Source: Squalus acanthias
Lineage: Eukaryota
DNA: 64,000 nucleotides
NCBI GenBank assembly: GCA_030390025.1
Contig: CM059427.1
Span: forward strand, 20,088,001 to 20,152,000
Direction: 5' to 3'
The number at the start of each line of letters is the position of its first letter. Position 1 is the stretch's first letter. The notes under the pieces are model-generated. The model searched no databases. It was not told where the DNA came from and was given only the letters and a program-made list of their open reading frames with translations. Of this stretch, positions 23,401-38,400 are shown in pieces. A program made the translations under genes and the position numbers.

Positions 23401-26400
23401 GAAACAACTTGCACTGCAGAGCTAATTGTGTTCAGTGATACTTTTGCTTCTATTGAGCATACAAAGCAGGAAGTAGTTCAAAAGCACCATACTAAGACAT
23501 ACAAAAAATCTGTAAGTGATCACGCCACAGAGTCCCGTTTATTCATGGTAAAATTACCTGGTGATGCTCAGGCTGAATTACAGGACAGGGATCATTTGGT
23601 GTATACAATAGCCTCCGAAGATAAACATTCTGTCCACAGTGAACAGGCAGGCATGTTGCATGAGGTGGCTGTCTCTGCTGCAGAAGCAGCAATTACAGGA
23701 AAGAGACAGATGATAATGCATTCTCAAACTACACAAGAGAGTCTAGGCTTTATAGAGCAACATTATGAACCAATTGAAAGTCCACCAATATTTGAATTAT
23801 CAAGCACTGAAGTACAGCCAGACCCTGCCCTTTGTTTGCCCACAGTTGAAAAAACTGTAATTCCGAAGGAAGCCATCTTTAAGCCTACTACAGCTGCTAA
23901 AGCAAAGTCACAAGAAACAAGTATCTTGTACCCACTGTTGGCTGAGAAAAAACATCTAATTCCCAGCTCTAAGACGGCAACTCTTAATGTTGCAGAAAAA
24001 GAAATAATGTCAAAAACAGATTCAAAGTACTCTTTGCACAGTTACAAAGTTGAGGGACATCAAGAACCCCCCAAAGAAGCTTTGTTTGTTTTTGAAGTTC
24101 CCGAGTTACAGAAAGGTGAAATGCAAAAGAAAGAAAAATGGAGGTTCATACAGCTGTAGCAACAGAGAAGAAAAAAATAAGGGCTGAAATGACAAAAGAC
24201 ATACAAGCATTAGATGCAGCAAGAGAAGCAAAGTCATTAAAAGAATTACCAAAACCATTCTTGACATCTGTCACTGAAATTCAGAAATCATTACCAAAGG
24301 AATCTGTATTTAAAGTACAAAAAGCTGAAGTGCAACAAGCTTCATTTATGCAAGATAAACTTATGAAAACTGCTTTAACTGCAGAAGAAAAACAACAGCT
24401 CACAAGTGAACATACCGAAAAAATAATTGGGTTAGATAGTGCAATCTCATTGACATCAAAAAAAGAAGAAAAGAAGCCTTTGCATTTACAGATTGTCAAG
24501 GGACAAGACACTCTCCCCAGAGAAACAACATTTACTTTTGAAGTACCAACAGAAGAGAAAGCTGACATGAGAAAGAGTCCAACATTGCTACATTCATTAC
24601 TATCAGAAGAACAGCACCTTATACCTTACGAATACACAACTCAGTTATCTGATGTTAAAGATACCATCACAATTAAATCTACAAAAGAACATGTGTCTTT
24701 ATATCCTCATTCTGTAGAGACTATGGGCATCCTTCAAAAGGAAGGTAGACTACCTTATGAAAAACCAACTGCTCTTATTGCAGCACACAAACTTGAGAAA
24801 GCGTACAGCTATGCTTCTGCTGTGGAAGAGAAAACAGAACTGTCAGCGGAACAAACTAAAACCCTTGAAATGGAAGTTAAAAGTTTACAGTCTGAAGTCA
24901 AAACTGAGCCACTGCCACAAAAGTATCTCCCGTCTGTAACTGTACCAATGCAGATATCAAAGGAGAAAACTTTTACCGTTGAGGAAAAAGAACAGCGTGC
25001 AGTAATAAATAAGTTGGATCACACAGTCAAACAGTTCAGTACTATAACAGAGAGCAAGATAGTGGAAGATGGTTCTGTTGCCATTTTTAAAGCCCTAGGT
25101 ACAGCAACCTGTGAAGATAAATATGAACCAAAGCTACCTTCAGTTTCTGTGCAGGTTAAAGAAAAGGCAATGTCTGTAGAAAATACCAGTATGTTAGAGG
25201 TTGCAGAAGAAGATTTTGCAGCAAGAATCCAAGAGGGACAGTCAGTAAGATTTCCATTGTTGCTTCAAGAAAAACAACTCATTGAAGAGGAACATTCTTC
25301 AGATATTAAGAAATCAGAGCAAACAACTCTGAAGGTAAAGAAACAGCCAGATCAAGCCCTACAGGCTCATGCAATACAAGAAAGTGATGCATTCCGTAAA
25401 GAACTGGCATTTAAGGTTGAAGTTCCCAAAGCAGTCACCTTAGATGCAGGTATACAGATTAAGAAAGCACTGCAATCTGCTTTAGCAAGTGAACCTCGTG
25501 TTCTTTCTTCTATCTTATTGGGCAGCATAGAAGAGGTGGAGATTAAGGAATTAAAAGTTCAAAAAGAACCTAAGTACACTTTATATACATACCAGATTAC
25601 TAATGTCAGTCCTCCCATAGATATAACTCTGTCTTTTGAAGGAGAATACCCTCAGAAAGCTGACTTAAGAAAGGAATTGACAGCTGCTTTCCATTCTATT
25701 ACTCACGAACAGCAGCATGCTTTGATGGCTGAGCAACTAGGTACAATTCCAGTGCCAACTGATAGACTAGAAAAATTGTGCATCAGCATTACTCCTGCCA
25801 AAGAGATGACCTCACCTGTTGTTGAGACTGTCAACATTGGTGAAAGCACCTTGGATGTGGCTAGGTATGGGATGCATACAGCTGAACTGAAAACGCAGAC
25901 AATAGAGTTAGTACAAGCTACAGTTACCCAAGAGCACCCTGTAATCTCAAAGAAAGCAGTACCTCGAGCACAGATTGTAGATGTTCCATCCAAAAAAGAG
26001 CTGGAAACTACCCTGTTTTCTCATACAATGAAAAAACAGATCAGTGGGGAATTTGTGGAGCATATGTCCAAAGAGGAACAGCATCTGGCTAAAATGAAAA
26101 GCCAGTCTAAAACTCTTGTACAATCTTTCATTGGTGCAGAGCAGATGGTAATGCAGCATGCTGAAGAGGTTAGGGATGATGAAGCATTGCTAATGCATTT
26201 CAGTAAAGAGGCTCAGGCAGTAAAAGAGCAACATGCAACTTCGTATACTTCAGTTTTGACAGATAAATCAGCGTTGAGTCAGTCAACTGAAGCTATTTCT
26301 CAGAAATCAAAAACTCAAGAAATGACAGTAACCACTGAATCAGAGGGTTTAATTCAGGAGTTTAAATCTGTAGAAACAGTTGGAAAAGTGGCAGTAGTGA

Positions 26401-29400
26401 GTCACATAAGAGATGTTGGTGGTGCGATAATTACTACAGATGCCCCTTCAGCACCTGTTCCAGTAGAACAGCCAACGGAAATTCTCAAAAAAGAGAAGAA
26501 AATGGAGGAAATTATAGTTACTAGCGTTTCTAAACCGAGAAAGCCAGGCAAAACACTAATAAAAATTGCCAAAGACAATCCAGTAATTACTGAAGGGCTT
26601 ACAGATATCACTGTAGATGACGGTAGCAAAGTAAAATTTAGCACAGTCATAACAAAAGTTAAAAAGGTAAATTGGTATATCAATGGGAAGCAAATCACTT
26701 CAAAAAATGAGTTCAAATGTTTGCAAGAACTTGACACTTACTCACTTATAATCAACAAAGTACAGAAAGAGGAGCATCAAGGAGAATATGTCTGTGAGGC
26801 ACTGAATGAAGCTGGAAAAGCAACTACTTCTGCAAAACTCACAGTTGTTATAAGAGGTTGGATTATGGGGATAGAATCTTTGTTAATATGAACTTCAAAA
26901 GCTAATACATTGAACTAACTATATAGTTAACTTTTGGTATTAGTTTATGCTAATAAATTAACATGACTAAATCCTTCCTTCCTTCCTTTCCTGTCTTCCT
27001 TTTTCCTCCTCCTCCTCCCTTCCTTATTTTAAAGGTAAAAGAGTGATTGCATTACCTAGTTGTCTATCTAGATACTATGCAGTCAAAGCCTGATATGACC
27101 ACATCAGTTAATTGCACAAATATTTTACATCACAAATTTTAAAACTTAATATCATTGCTATAGAAAATTTAATAAGGTTATGTATTACTTTAAATGAAAA
27201 TTACATTCTGATTTGATGATGCGATCTTCACATGCTTTCACTGCCGATAATAAGTAGCCTTTAAAGCTTAATGCTATGTTTAAAACTTAATGCTATGTTT
27301 AAAACTTAATGCTATGTTTAAAACTTAATGCTATGTTTAAAACTTATTGTGAATATATTATTCCCTTTTGCCCTCTTGTACTTTAAAATTAACTATTGAT
27401 TAACATCAGCCATGTTTTTTTAAGTTTCTACTAACATAACTAATATTGCATTCATCCCCATATCCACATTTGAGGAGTTGCTAGATTTTTGTCATTATCA
27501 CCACTTTGTCATAACGATAAGACAACTGAACATTGCATTTCTTCCTAAAACTTAATATCACCTTTTTGTCATCTACTTTTTCCTAGGAAAAAACATTTCA
27601 TAGATGTATCAATTACTTGCATGCTTCAACGGGCACCACACATGTCAATAAATCTTGAATTTCATTCATTGAAGTATGACCATTTACTACGTTGAGCACA
27701 ACTACTGGTCAGCTAACATCTTTAACAATCATTTCTTCTCCACAGTCACTCCTTGGATTGTTAGTTTCTGTCACCCTTCCCTCCTCCATCCTTGAATTTC
27801 AGGGGGCCACGTCTAAACCCTGTGCTAAAAAATTACGGTTTACTGTTGCAATCTTCTTACAATTTTTTTTTAATATTTAAATCTGTAGTGCCTCCAGCTT
27901 TCAAGAGGAAGATTGAATCACTGGAGGTGATAGTTGGACAGGCTACTCAGTTTGAATGTGAGGTTGACCCTATTCCCGATGTGAGGTTCCAGTGGTTCCG
28001 AGCAAGAGCTGAACTTCGTGATAGTGAAAAGTACAGCATTGTGAACGAGAAATATATCTCCATCTTGAAGCTTTTGAAGCCGCAGCTAATTGACTGTGGT
28101 GAATACACCTGCAGAGCGTCAAACCAGAGTGGCAGTGTAAGCAGCACAGCTAAACTGATGGTGACTGGTAAGTAGATTATGCTCTAATTGGTGTGTTTCA
28201 TTTTAACAATTCATTTTCAATTTGATTGGTCTTAAAAGGTTTGGATGGTTTCACACCTCTATGTACTTTACATGCGCACAGAATGATTGTTCACTTCCAA
28301 AAGTAACCACATACTTTTTGACATTTTTTTTATGGTTTAATTATTGAAAATGTTTACTTTTTGCAAGGCGTTTTCATATTTAGTAATTATGCCCATCATC
28401 TTTTGCACTTTGTTTTTATAAATTCATTGTTGTGTTCTCTTATACTGACAAAAATGTCTGCTTCACTTATGAAACAGAATGGCCTCAGAATTTGCGGTTG
28501 GGATGACGGTAAACTGGCAGCTTTCGCCATCATTCCGTCTTTGAAACTGACCGCAACTTCGGGATTTGGCGCAGGCGCTTGCGGAAAACCCAAAGTTGCG
28601 ATCGCATCATTGACAGCTCCGAAACAGGCTACACTGTGCACACTCCCCCCCCACCCCCACCCCGCCCCGCCACCCCAACAGAGCCAGCAATCTGTTTAAT
28701 CAGCCAAGTCATTGAAACTGACCAAAACTTCAGCTCTTCCACAGTAAATTCCCCACTAAAAGTTAGACCCAAAGTGATTAGGTGTAATTGGGGTTTTGAC
28801 AGTGTTGTTACTGCTAAACAAATGTTAAGGGCCTAGAAAATGAATTTTAATTTTGCACAGCGTGAAATTTGTCCAGTTTAATAAAAATTTACATTTTTAA
28901 GAAACTTTACAAAGAATTTTTTTTTTTAAGTTTGTCCATCTTTATTGTCTTTTCCCCATGTGAGAGCCCTAATCTATCTTTTGCTCTCTAACTATTTAAA
29001 ATGTTACAATTTTAAGAGCTAACTCACTCCCTTATTTGCTGTCTGTGAGAATTCTGCGTTTTGATTGGCTGCTCAGACAGCCTGTTGACATCACAGCAGT
29101 TCACACAAGGGGATTCCCCACTACAGTCCGTTGAATTGAATTGAAGGTCGGAAAACCCGAAGTTCTCGACACAGGGATTGCAAGATCCTTGTGCGAAGCG
29201 TACTTCGGGGCCAGCAGCGAATGCATTTGCTTCGCTGCTGACTGCAATTTCTGGGCCAATGTGCCTAAATCGTTGTAACAAATGAATAGGTCTCTTTAGC
29301 TGTTTCAGTAGTGTAATAATCTTTTTTTTAAAGACATATGAATTTTGAAATTAAACTACAAAAATTTCTGTCCCTCCATATGTATCATTACTTCACCTTT

Positions 29401-32400
29401 TTAAAGAAAAATATTTCACTTTGAATTCATATGTTCCTTCAGTTATCTCACAGTAACACAATACAAAGCGATGACATCCAAACCTATTTTTGCTACCCAG
29501 ATAAAATTGTTTTGAAAGTGAGTTTGCTTAATTTTTTTTTTTGACGGTTAACTATACGAATGCTGCAACAAATGCAGCAGAGAGTATCAATGTCATCTGG
29601 TTTCTTTTGTCTTTCTTATTGTCTTTTAAGTAAATTGGGGCAACATACCAGTCCTAAATGAGTACTATCTCAAAGCTTAATTCTTTCAGTAAATGAAAAT
29701 CCTAACCAAGATGTTTCTTTTGTAGAACTTTCCCCACCAAGCTTTATAACTAGACCGGAATCAGTTACAACATTTGTGGGTAAAACTGCAAGACTTCAGT
29801 GCACAGTGGCTGGATCACCTGTGATCCATACCATTTGGCAGAAGAACGGTGTTGATGTTACTGAAGAAGAGAACTACAAAATATCAGCCAAAGATAACAA
29901 GCGTGTTTTAGAAATTAATAACTTAAATGTTCAGAACAAAGGAACCTATTCCTGCAAAGTGACCAATGACTGTGGCACTGATATCTGCAGTGCTGATCTG
30001 ACTGTACTTGACAAACCATATTTCACGAAGCGTCTTGAATCTACTCAGACTATAATTAACAGCAGTACACATCTTGAATGTCAAGTAGACGAAGACACAG
30101 CAGTAAAAATATCATGGAAAAAAGATGGATTAGAACTTCACTCTAGCAAAGATTATAAAATTACATTTGAAGACAAGACAGCGGTTCTAGAAATCCTGAA
30201 AACCAAACTGAAAGATGCAGGGAATTATGTATGTACAGCTTCAAATGAAGCTGGAAGTGATTCCTGCTCAGCAACATTAACAGTAAAAGGTAAGGAGTGT
30301 TATAAGTTGCAAACTGCTGGTAAGCAAAACTGATGGTTACTTTATATAAAACTACTGACCGTTCTTAAAGTTTTTATTAGAGACAGAGGGCTGGATTTTC
30401 ATTGACCCGTGGAGGCGGGTTTGGAGGCATGTGGGGGGTTAAAGTTGCAGATTCGGGGGGTCCCGAACCCATCTCGCCTCCATGCCAGTTTCGCTGGAGG
30501 CGGGTACCCGACCTGTGCTGGGACCCGCCTCCCCGAGGCGGGAAGGGGATTAGTGGCAATAAACTGCCTGTTAACAGGTAGTTAACAGGCAGTTTTTTGC
30601 CTAATCCCTATTTTGATGCGTGAAATGTGGGCTTCCCGACAGGTGCCAACCACGCCAAGTTAGCGAGGCGGACCGTGGGTCTGCAGGGGTTGGAGGGGTC
30701 GATATGTCCGGTGGGTAGGTGAGTGATGGGAGCATGTGTGCAGAGGTAAGTGTGTAAGGTAAGTGTAAAGTGTGGGTAAAAGTTTTACTTACCTTAACTT
30801 CCTGCTGCAGGTGTCAGCCCTTCAGGTCTCGGGAGTCAGAAATCTCACCAGCACAGAAAGCAGAATGGCCGTTGACCTGTCAAAAACTGCAGTTCTGTTT
30901 TCTGTGCTGGAATGATTTCTAACTCAGCCTGAGAGGAAGGACTCAAGTTAGAAGACAGATTGTCAGTGTTTGACAGCTTCACAGAGCTGTCAAACGCTGA
31001 TATTTCATCTGTCAAAAGCTCTTGACAGATGAAATGTCAATCTGTGACGTCACCTGTTGCCGGGTGGCCCTTAATTGGCCTGCTGAGCTCGCTGGGCGGG
31101 CTCAACAAGGTCAATCAAGTGGGTTGGCCACAAGTCGATGGAGGCGGGACTACAACCCAAAAAGTGGGAGTCCCGCCTCCATCACGTCCCCAGTATCAAA
31201 ATCCAGCCCAATGTTTCTTGTTGCAAGGTTAGACAGCTAAGCCTAATTCTGGTTAATTCAAAGAATATTTTTGTTAATCTTGTTTTGCATATTTTACATA
31301 TACACAATCATATTTATTACATAGCGCTTTGATTAAAACAACCTGATTAATGGCTGTTTTCTAAAACAGCTGATTCTTATTTATGATTACCTTATTTTCG
31401 TCATTTATGGAAGCTGTATGCAGCCATTTCTTTATATATCTTTACTTAAGGATATTTTTCCATTTTGTCATATGTAATATTCAAGCAATTACAAATTCTA
31501 TATAACTGATAAATTTACTATGCTTTATATGTATCACTTTGTGAAGTATAGTTATTTTATGCTTTTCTTCAATAAGTGAACACAGATATATTTTGATTAT
31601 AATGAAATCTGTCCTTATGATCATTTTAATTAAACATGCATTTATCTTAAATATCCACTGCTTCTCAAAACCAGATAGTTTTAAATTTGTCTAAAGACAA
31701 TCTTGACCTTGATTAAATATCTGCCCCATTACATAATGAAAGATGTTGAGTAAAGAGGACAAGTTAGTAATGTAAATTAGTGGAATCAATACCTGAATTC
31801 GGCAGCTGCTCGTTCAGTATAGTCAAGCTGACTGTAAAATTACCGTGCGGTTAGGTTTGTGACATCATTCTTTTCATTTGGATTCAGATTCACATAATGG
31901 CCCGTATTTTCCGATCCCTATGGGTGTGTACGAGGTGTCACCCGTAGGGACCTCACAAATGCCGGTTTCAGGCATGCAAAGCGCATGCGCTGAAAACCGG
32001 CATTTCCGATCTGTCAAGAATCCTCTTGACAGATCGCACGCTTGCCCTGGAGAAGGGCCTCTGCGGGCGGAGAGTTCCGCTTTCTGCAGAACCTCCGCCC
32101 GCTGAAATCACTTAAAAATCTTACGGCTGGTAAAAGCAAGCGTAAGGCCTGCTTTTACCAGCATAAGAGTTTAAAAAAGTTTAAAAAAAATGTTTTCACT
32201 CATTTATAATTTTAAAATACTTTTTTAAAAAAAAGGTAAGTTAATTTTTAGCCCCGTAAAAAACTTTAATTTTTTTGTCATATTTAATTTAATGTAATTT
32301 TAACTAATTTTAAAAATGTGATTAAAAAAAAAATTATTTAATGTTTTGATGTGTTTTTGGAGTGATCTCCATTCATACTTTTGACATGTCTAAGCTGTCA

Positions 32401-35400
32401 AAAGTATGAAGGGAGATTCCCTTCTCCCATTGGTTCCCCATGGTCCACGTGATTCCAGGGATGCTTGCGAACCACATGCGCCCCATGGATACGTGGGCCC
32501 TGCGCATTTCGTCGTGGAGAGGCCCAGGATCGGAAATGGCCGGACCTCTGGAGCCCTCAGGTAAAGGCGTAGATTTTTTCCAGATTGGAGGCCTCCGCAC
32601 ACAGGAAGCCTCCGATCAGGAAATACGGGCCATTGTATATAAAACATTTTGGTCTCATTCTGAAGGTGATAGACAAGCAGGTTCTTTGTGTTTCTTTTAC
32701 CCTTTGCTTACCTCTGCTTATTTAATTGAACTTTACAACAGAAAACATTACATATAGAAAAATAAATATCTGGAAGTGAGATACAAAGCAGTTATTAAAT
32801 CAAGGGTTCTGTTGATCACATAAATTATGAAAACAAAACCCACGTGACCCAAAATGTTATCAGAGTCTCACCAATTCAATTGCTGCTTTATATCTGACAC
32901 CAATTTAACAGTAAAATAGATGTTATTTTGTCTTTACCTTTTTGATTTGTTGTTAGTTTAAGAATTTAACCTTTTCTCAATTATCACTAGCGATGATTAA
33001 TACTTTACATGCCACATCTTTTCTTTAAAAACTGTCTTAGTGATATTAGTTCTCTTTTTGTAAATGCCCTTTCTTTGGCATTTCTTAAACTGTTTCTTCA
33101 AACCTTTCTTCAGAACCGCCATCATTCCTTAAGAAGCTAGAACCATCATTGCTGTTCAAACAAGGTGATTCAGCACACTTGAAGTGCCAAGTGAAAGGGT
33201 CACCTGAAATCAGTGTTGCCTGGTACAAGAACAATGCGATTCTCAATTCCTCAGAAAAATACAGGATATCATTTATTGATTCTACAGCTGTCCTTGAGAT
33301 TAATGATACAAATGTAGAAGATAGCGCGGATTATGTGTGTGAAGCACAAAATGAAGCTGGTACTGATAGCTGCAGCTCTGTCATTACAATCAAAGGTCTG
33401 TACGATGTTGACATTGGTTTCATAGTAGGCAACATCTTTGTTACTTCTTTATAACCATTTTGGAAAAAAATAACAGTTTGAAATTGAATTTTAGTCTGAG
33501 ATTTTTTATGTGTTCCTTTGTAGAGCCTCCCTCTTTTATCAAAGCATTTGAACCTACTGAAGTAGTAAAAGGATTCAATTGCACTCTTGAATGTGAGCTG
33601 TCTGGCACAACTCCATTTGAAGTTATCTGGCATAAAGACAGAAAGCAGATACGGACTAGTAAGAAGTACAAGATGATCTTCCAAAACGCTCGTGCTTATC
33701 TCCACATTAGCTTCTTTGAGTTCTCAGATGTCGGTGATTATCAATGCACCGTTTCTAATGAAGTAGGAAAATGTCTCTGTGGTGCAACAGTAAAGATAAA
33801 AGGTTAGTAATGTTTTCAGAAAGTGAGGGAAATAGTTCATAATGTACTGTCATAAATAGACGTTAAAAATTTAACAAAGATCATTTAATGGATGGACCAT
33901 AAAATACATATTCTGTCATCTGTATATTCATTTTAAATTAGAACCACCGTCATTTGTGAAGAAGATTGAAAACACTACTGCACTTTTGGGAAGCTCAGCT
34001 GTGTTTCAATGCAGCATGAAAGGCTCACTTCCTATCACTTTAACTTGGCTGAAAGATAAAGAAGTTGTCACAGAGAGTAATAATATCAAAATGACTTATG
34101 AGAACAATATTGGTACTCTTCAAATTGCTGCTGTTGAAATGAACAACAGTGGGAGATACTCCTGTCAAGCAGAAAATGAAGCAGGAAGTCAAAAATGTCT
34201 GGCAACATTAACTGTGAAAGGTCAGTTGGAGAATGTATTGGCCCATTTTATGCAAACCTCATATTTTATGAAATGACAATGCTTTACACTACTAAGTTTT
34301 GTTAATAGTAACCATTTCATTTTGCCATAGAGCCTGCAAATATCCTAGAGAAAGCAGAGCCAATTAGTGTGACTGCAGGGGACCCAGCAACTTTGGAATT
34401 CATAATAGCTGGCACACCAGAACTAAAAATTAAATGGTTCAAGAATGGCAAGGAACTGATATCCAGTAGAAAATGTAAAACAAGTTTTTCAGATAAGGTC
34501 GCCAGCCTAAGGATTATTTCTGCAGAAAATGAGGATAGTGGTGAATACTCTTTTGAAGTCAAAAATGATGTGGGCAGTTGCAGTTGCAAAACCTCTATTA
34601 CTGTTCTGGGTTAGTATATAATTATCTAATTTCATATTTATATTTCCTTTGCTCATTGTAATTTTAAGCATAATTTTAATTTTGTTCTGGTAATCTTACT
34701 GACTTGTTACTCTGTCTTGGACAGATCGTATGATTGCTCCATCCTTCACTAAAAAATTACGGAAAATGACCAGCATCTTGGGTGCTTCCATTCACATGGA
34801 ATGCAAATTCGCTGGTTCTATCCCAGTCAGGACTTCTTGGTATAAAGATGACAAAGAGTTATCAGCCAGTGATAAGTATACAATGTCATGTCAAGACAAC
34901 ACAGCTGTTTTGGCGTTTAATCAATTAGAGATTGCAGATGGTGGAACTTACTCCTGCAAAGCTACTAATCCTGCAGGAAGTGATGAATGCAGTGGAGTCT
35001 TAAGTGTAAAAGGTTTGAACAAATAATTTAATTCTGCTTCTGCACTGATATCTTTTCTCTTGCTGTTTCAATTTTCATTCCAGATTTTGCAAACCCATTT
35101 TATTTTCATTTAAAGCATATTCTTCATTGATAAGTGTGTTCAAGTTTGGCCAACTTTTTGTTGCACTTGTTTGCAAGTTACTCTCCGATGACTCGATGTG
35201 TAAATGCAATAAATGGTGTAGTATTAAGTTGTACGGATCAGTATCATCCCAGGCTTTTTTGGGCCATTTTTCTTTGCTCTCTTCCTCTCTTGAAGTTGTT
35301 GATTCCACGCCAAGGCATAATTCCTTGGCACCTTCTGGTGCTTTGCCCAGCTATCCAATACTCATGTATGAGCCTTGACGGAGAAAGTCGTTGGGATATT

Positions 35401-38400
35401 CAACTGCAGCGGTCATCCCTGCAGAGTTGAATCCTATCTTTGCTCAATGTCCATATGCACACACTTCTAGCCAGAGATTGGGAATGGGAACACTGTCTAA
35501 TTGTTCCCTCTCTAACCATGGTGCTCAGACTAATTGTAATGAAACATCATCTGCCCTGGCTATGATCAACTAACTCAGCACAAATTAGCAATTGAACCTT
35601 GTATGTTGTTGGTCTGTATTAGTTAGCTACTTGCCAGATAAACTTGCTGAGCCATCAGGGGAGCCCCTGCAATGTCCCAGAGTTAATTGCTAAAATGTGT
35701 TGAGTTATCTGATCTCAGTTAGCTGAGGTACCAGTGGACTGCTAGAGCCATGACACTGTACCCCAACATGAATCACTGCTTATGGGAATGGAAGGAATAA
35801 ACAGGGAGAAAGCTTACTTGCTCCATATATTCATTCATTATACATCATTCATATGCTTTTTTTCTGAATGTCTTTTAGAGCCGCCAAGCTTTATAATAAA
35901 GCCTGCATCTGAACAAGTTCTACCGGGTTCAACGGTGAAGTTTAAGACTGTTGTGAATGGAACACCTCCAATGTCAATGAAATGGTTCATGGGTAACACA
36001 GAGCTCGTGACTGGTGGCTCCTGTTTCATTATGAAGGACATTTCTACAACTTTTCTTGAGCTTTTTTCAGTGAAACCTTCTGACATGGGCGATTACACTT
36101 GCGAAATCAGCAATGATGCTGGAACAATTTCCTGCACAACAAACCTTTTTGTAAAAGGTGATTCTTTTTTTATATATGGTGGTAATATTCTTATCACTTT
36201 CTTTGTTCATTCTATTAAAGTATCTCTAACATTGTAGGTTATATGTTTTTTAATAGGAGGAATTGAAGTTTTCATCACTGAGAAGATGCTTTTATCTTTT
36301 TCTTTGTCTTCCTTTATGACTATCTTTTAAATGTATTCTTTATGACATCTTGATTTTTATAGAACCACCAGTGTTTATCAGGAAACTAGAGCCATCAAAA
36401 TTACTGAAAAGTGGTGATTCAGCTCGGTTTGAATGTGAAGTGACTGGCACACCTGAAATTAAAGTTACCTGGTATAGGAAAGACAAGCAAATTCATCCCA
36501 GTGACAAATACAGAATGTCATTTGTTAACTGTGTGCCAGTTCTTGAAATTCTTGCTAGTGATGTGGAAGACAGTGGAGAATACAGTTGTGAAGCTAAGAA
36601 TGAAGTTGGTAGTGAGAGTTGCAGTGCTACTGTAACAGTTAAAGGTCTGTGAAGATATCTTACTTCTAATTTTACGAATTTAGGCTGCATTTACAAGATA
36701 TTTGTGGCATTTAACTTTTTTGGATCTAAGTGTAAAATTATATGTTTTAGATTGAATTTGTTATTTGTTCCTTTGTAGAACCTCCATCTTTCAGAAAAGA
36801 ACTTGAATCTCTTGAGGTGCTCAAAGCCTCTGACATCATTCTTGAGTGTGAAGTGGCTGGTACAGCCCCATATGAAGTTTCTTGGTATAAGGACAATAAG
36901 CAAATAAGGCCTAGCAAAAAGTACAAGGCGATCTGCCAAAACTCTTTAGTTAGTTTACATATTCTTAAATGTGATACCGTAGATGTCGGTGAATATCAAT
37001 GCAAGGTATCAAATGAAGTGGGAGATTGTTGCTGCAGTTCTGCAGTGGCTTTGAAAGGTTAGTAAAGACTTAGCAAGTGCTTCTGTTCCATTATATCACA
37101 TTCATTTTGTTTCACACTAATTATCAGTTGATTTTGCAATGATTAATCAGAGAAATCCTATATTTATTATATTTCATTTTAAAAACAGAACCTCCATCAT
37201 TTGTTAAGAAGATTGAAAATATTACTGCGCTTTTGGGAACTCCTGCTATGTTTCAATGCACTGTGAAAGGTTCAAGCCCAATTTCTATAACCTGGCAAAA
37301 AGATAAAGCTGATGTCACCGAAGATGATAACACTAAGATATCTTTTGAGAAGGATATAGCTACACTGCAAATTGGTTCTGTTGAAAAACATCATGGTGGG
37401 AAGTTCCTTTGTCAGGCAAAGAATGACGCAGGAATCACAAAGTGTATTGCAAATTTGGTAGTGAAAGGTTGGTTTAAAGATTATTAATGTGTGTGTTAAA
37501 ACTTCAATTATTTAAAAAATTTAACTGCTCTAAATGTTTTAAGTTGTTTTAATTCCATAAAGGCTGTTTTGAAGCAGTTGAAGCAAATACAGCACAGTAT
37601 GGTTAGACCGTAAAAAAGTCTTAAAAAAAATTGGGGGCTAGAAATTGCTGGGAAAATAATGGCGTGTTCATGGCACCCGCCATTATTAGCCTGTAAAAAA
37701 ACCAGCAATTTATGGCAAGGAAGAGATACACCATTAGTTGCGAATCGCCACGAATTGCTGGACTATTTGCGCCGCTCTGCTGTTAGCCTCACAAAAATGG
37801 GAGCTTGCCGTTCCTCTCTGAGTGTCAAGAAATTGCTGGATTTGTGCTGTAAATACGAATTAATCTCGCCACAGACATTTAGGGCTGGTATTTCATGTCA
37901 TAAGGACACTGTCAATACTGTGATTTATGATCCTGACATGAAACTCAACCCTGGAGGCCAAGAAAGAGAAAAATTGAAACTATCGAGTCTTACTCCTGCA
38001 GGTAGTAAATTTTTCAGAGGTTTTTAAAATTTAAAATTTTAATTTTGTTTTCTGTCTCTTTATTTTAATCTCTCGCTTAACCCAATCTTTCTTTCCCTCT
38101 TTATTTCTCTTTCTATATCTAATTTGTCTCTAATTGACCCTATTTCCTTCTCCATCGTTCACTCTGTTTCTTTGTCTATCCTTAAATTTAATTGGTTAAT
38201 GGTTCAGGAGGTCCCAGATGCCCCGTTGACATCGCCGCACCAATTATCAATTTGCATTTCCAGCAATTTGCAACACAAAAATAATACGATCTGAAGGGTG
38301 AAGAAAAAAATTGAATTCACAGCACTCGCTGCGAGATGTGCCGCTCCAGCAATTTCTGAACCACTCTCCAGAGAATAGAGAAAATGGAAGAAGAGTATAG

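Noticed and set aside
24120-24160. Programmed -1 ribosomal frameshift in N2B
   Set aside because: No canonical in-frame X XXY YYZ heptamer or obvious downstream structure; an indel error is simpler
27267-27346. CRISPR-like array
   Set aside because: Head-to-tail repeats without spacers, in a vertebrate intron
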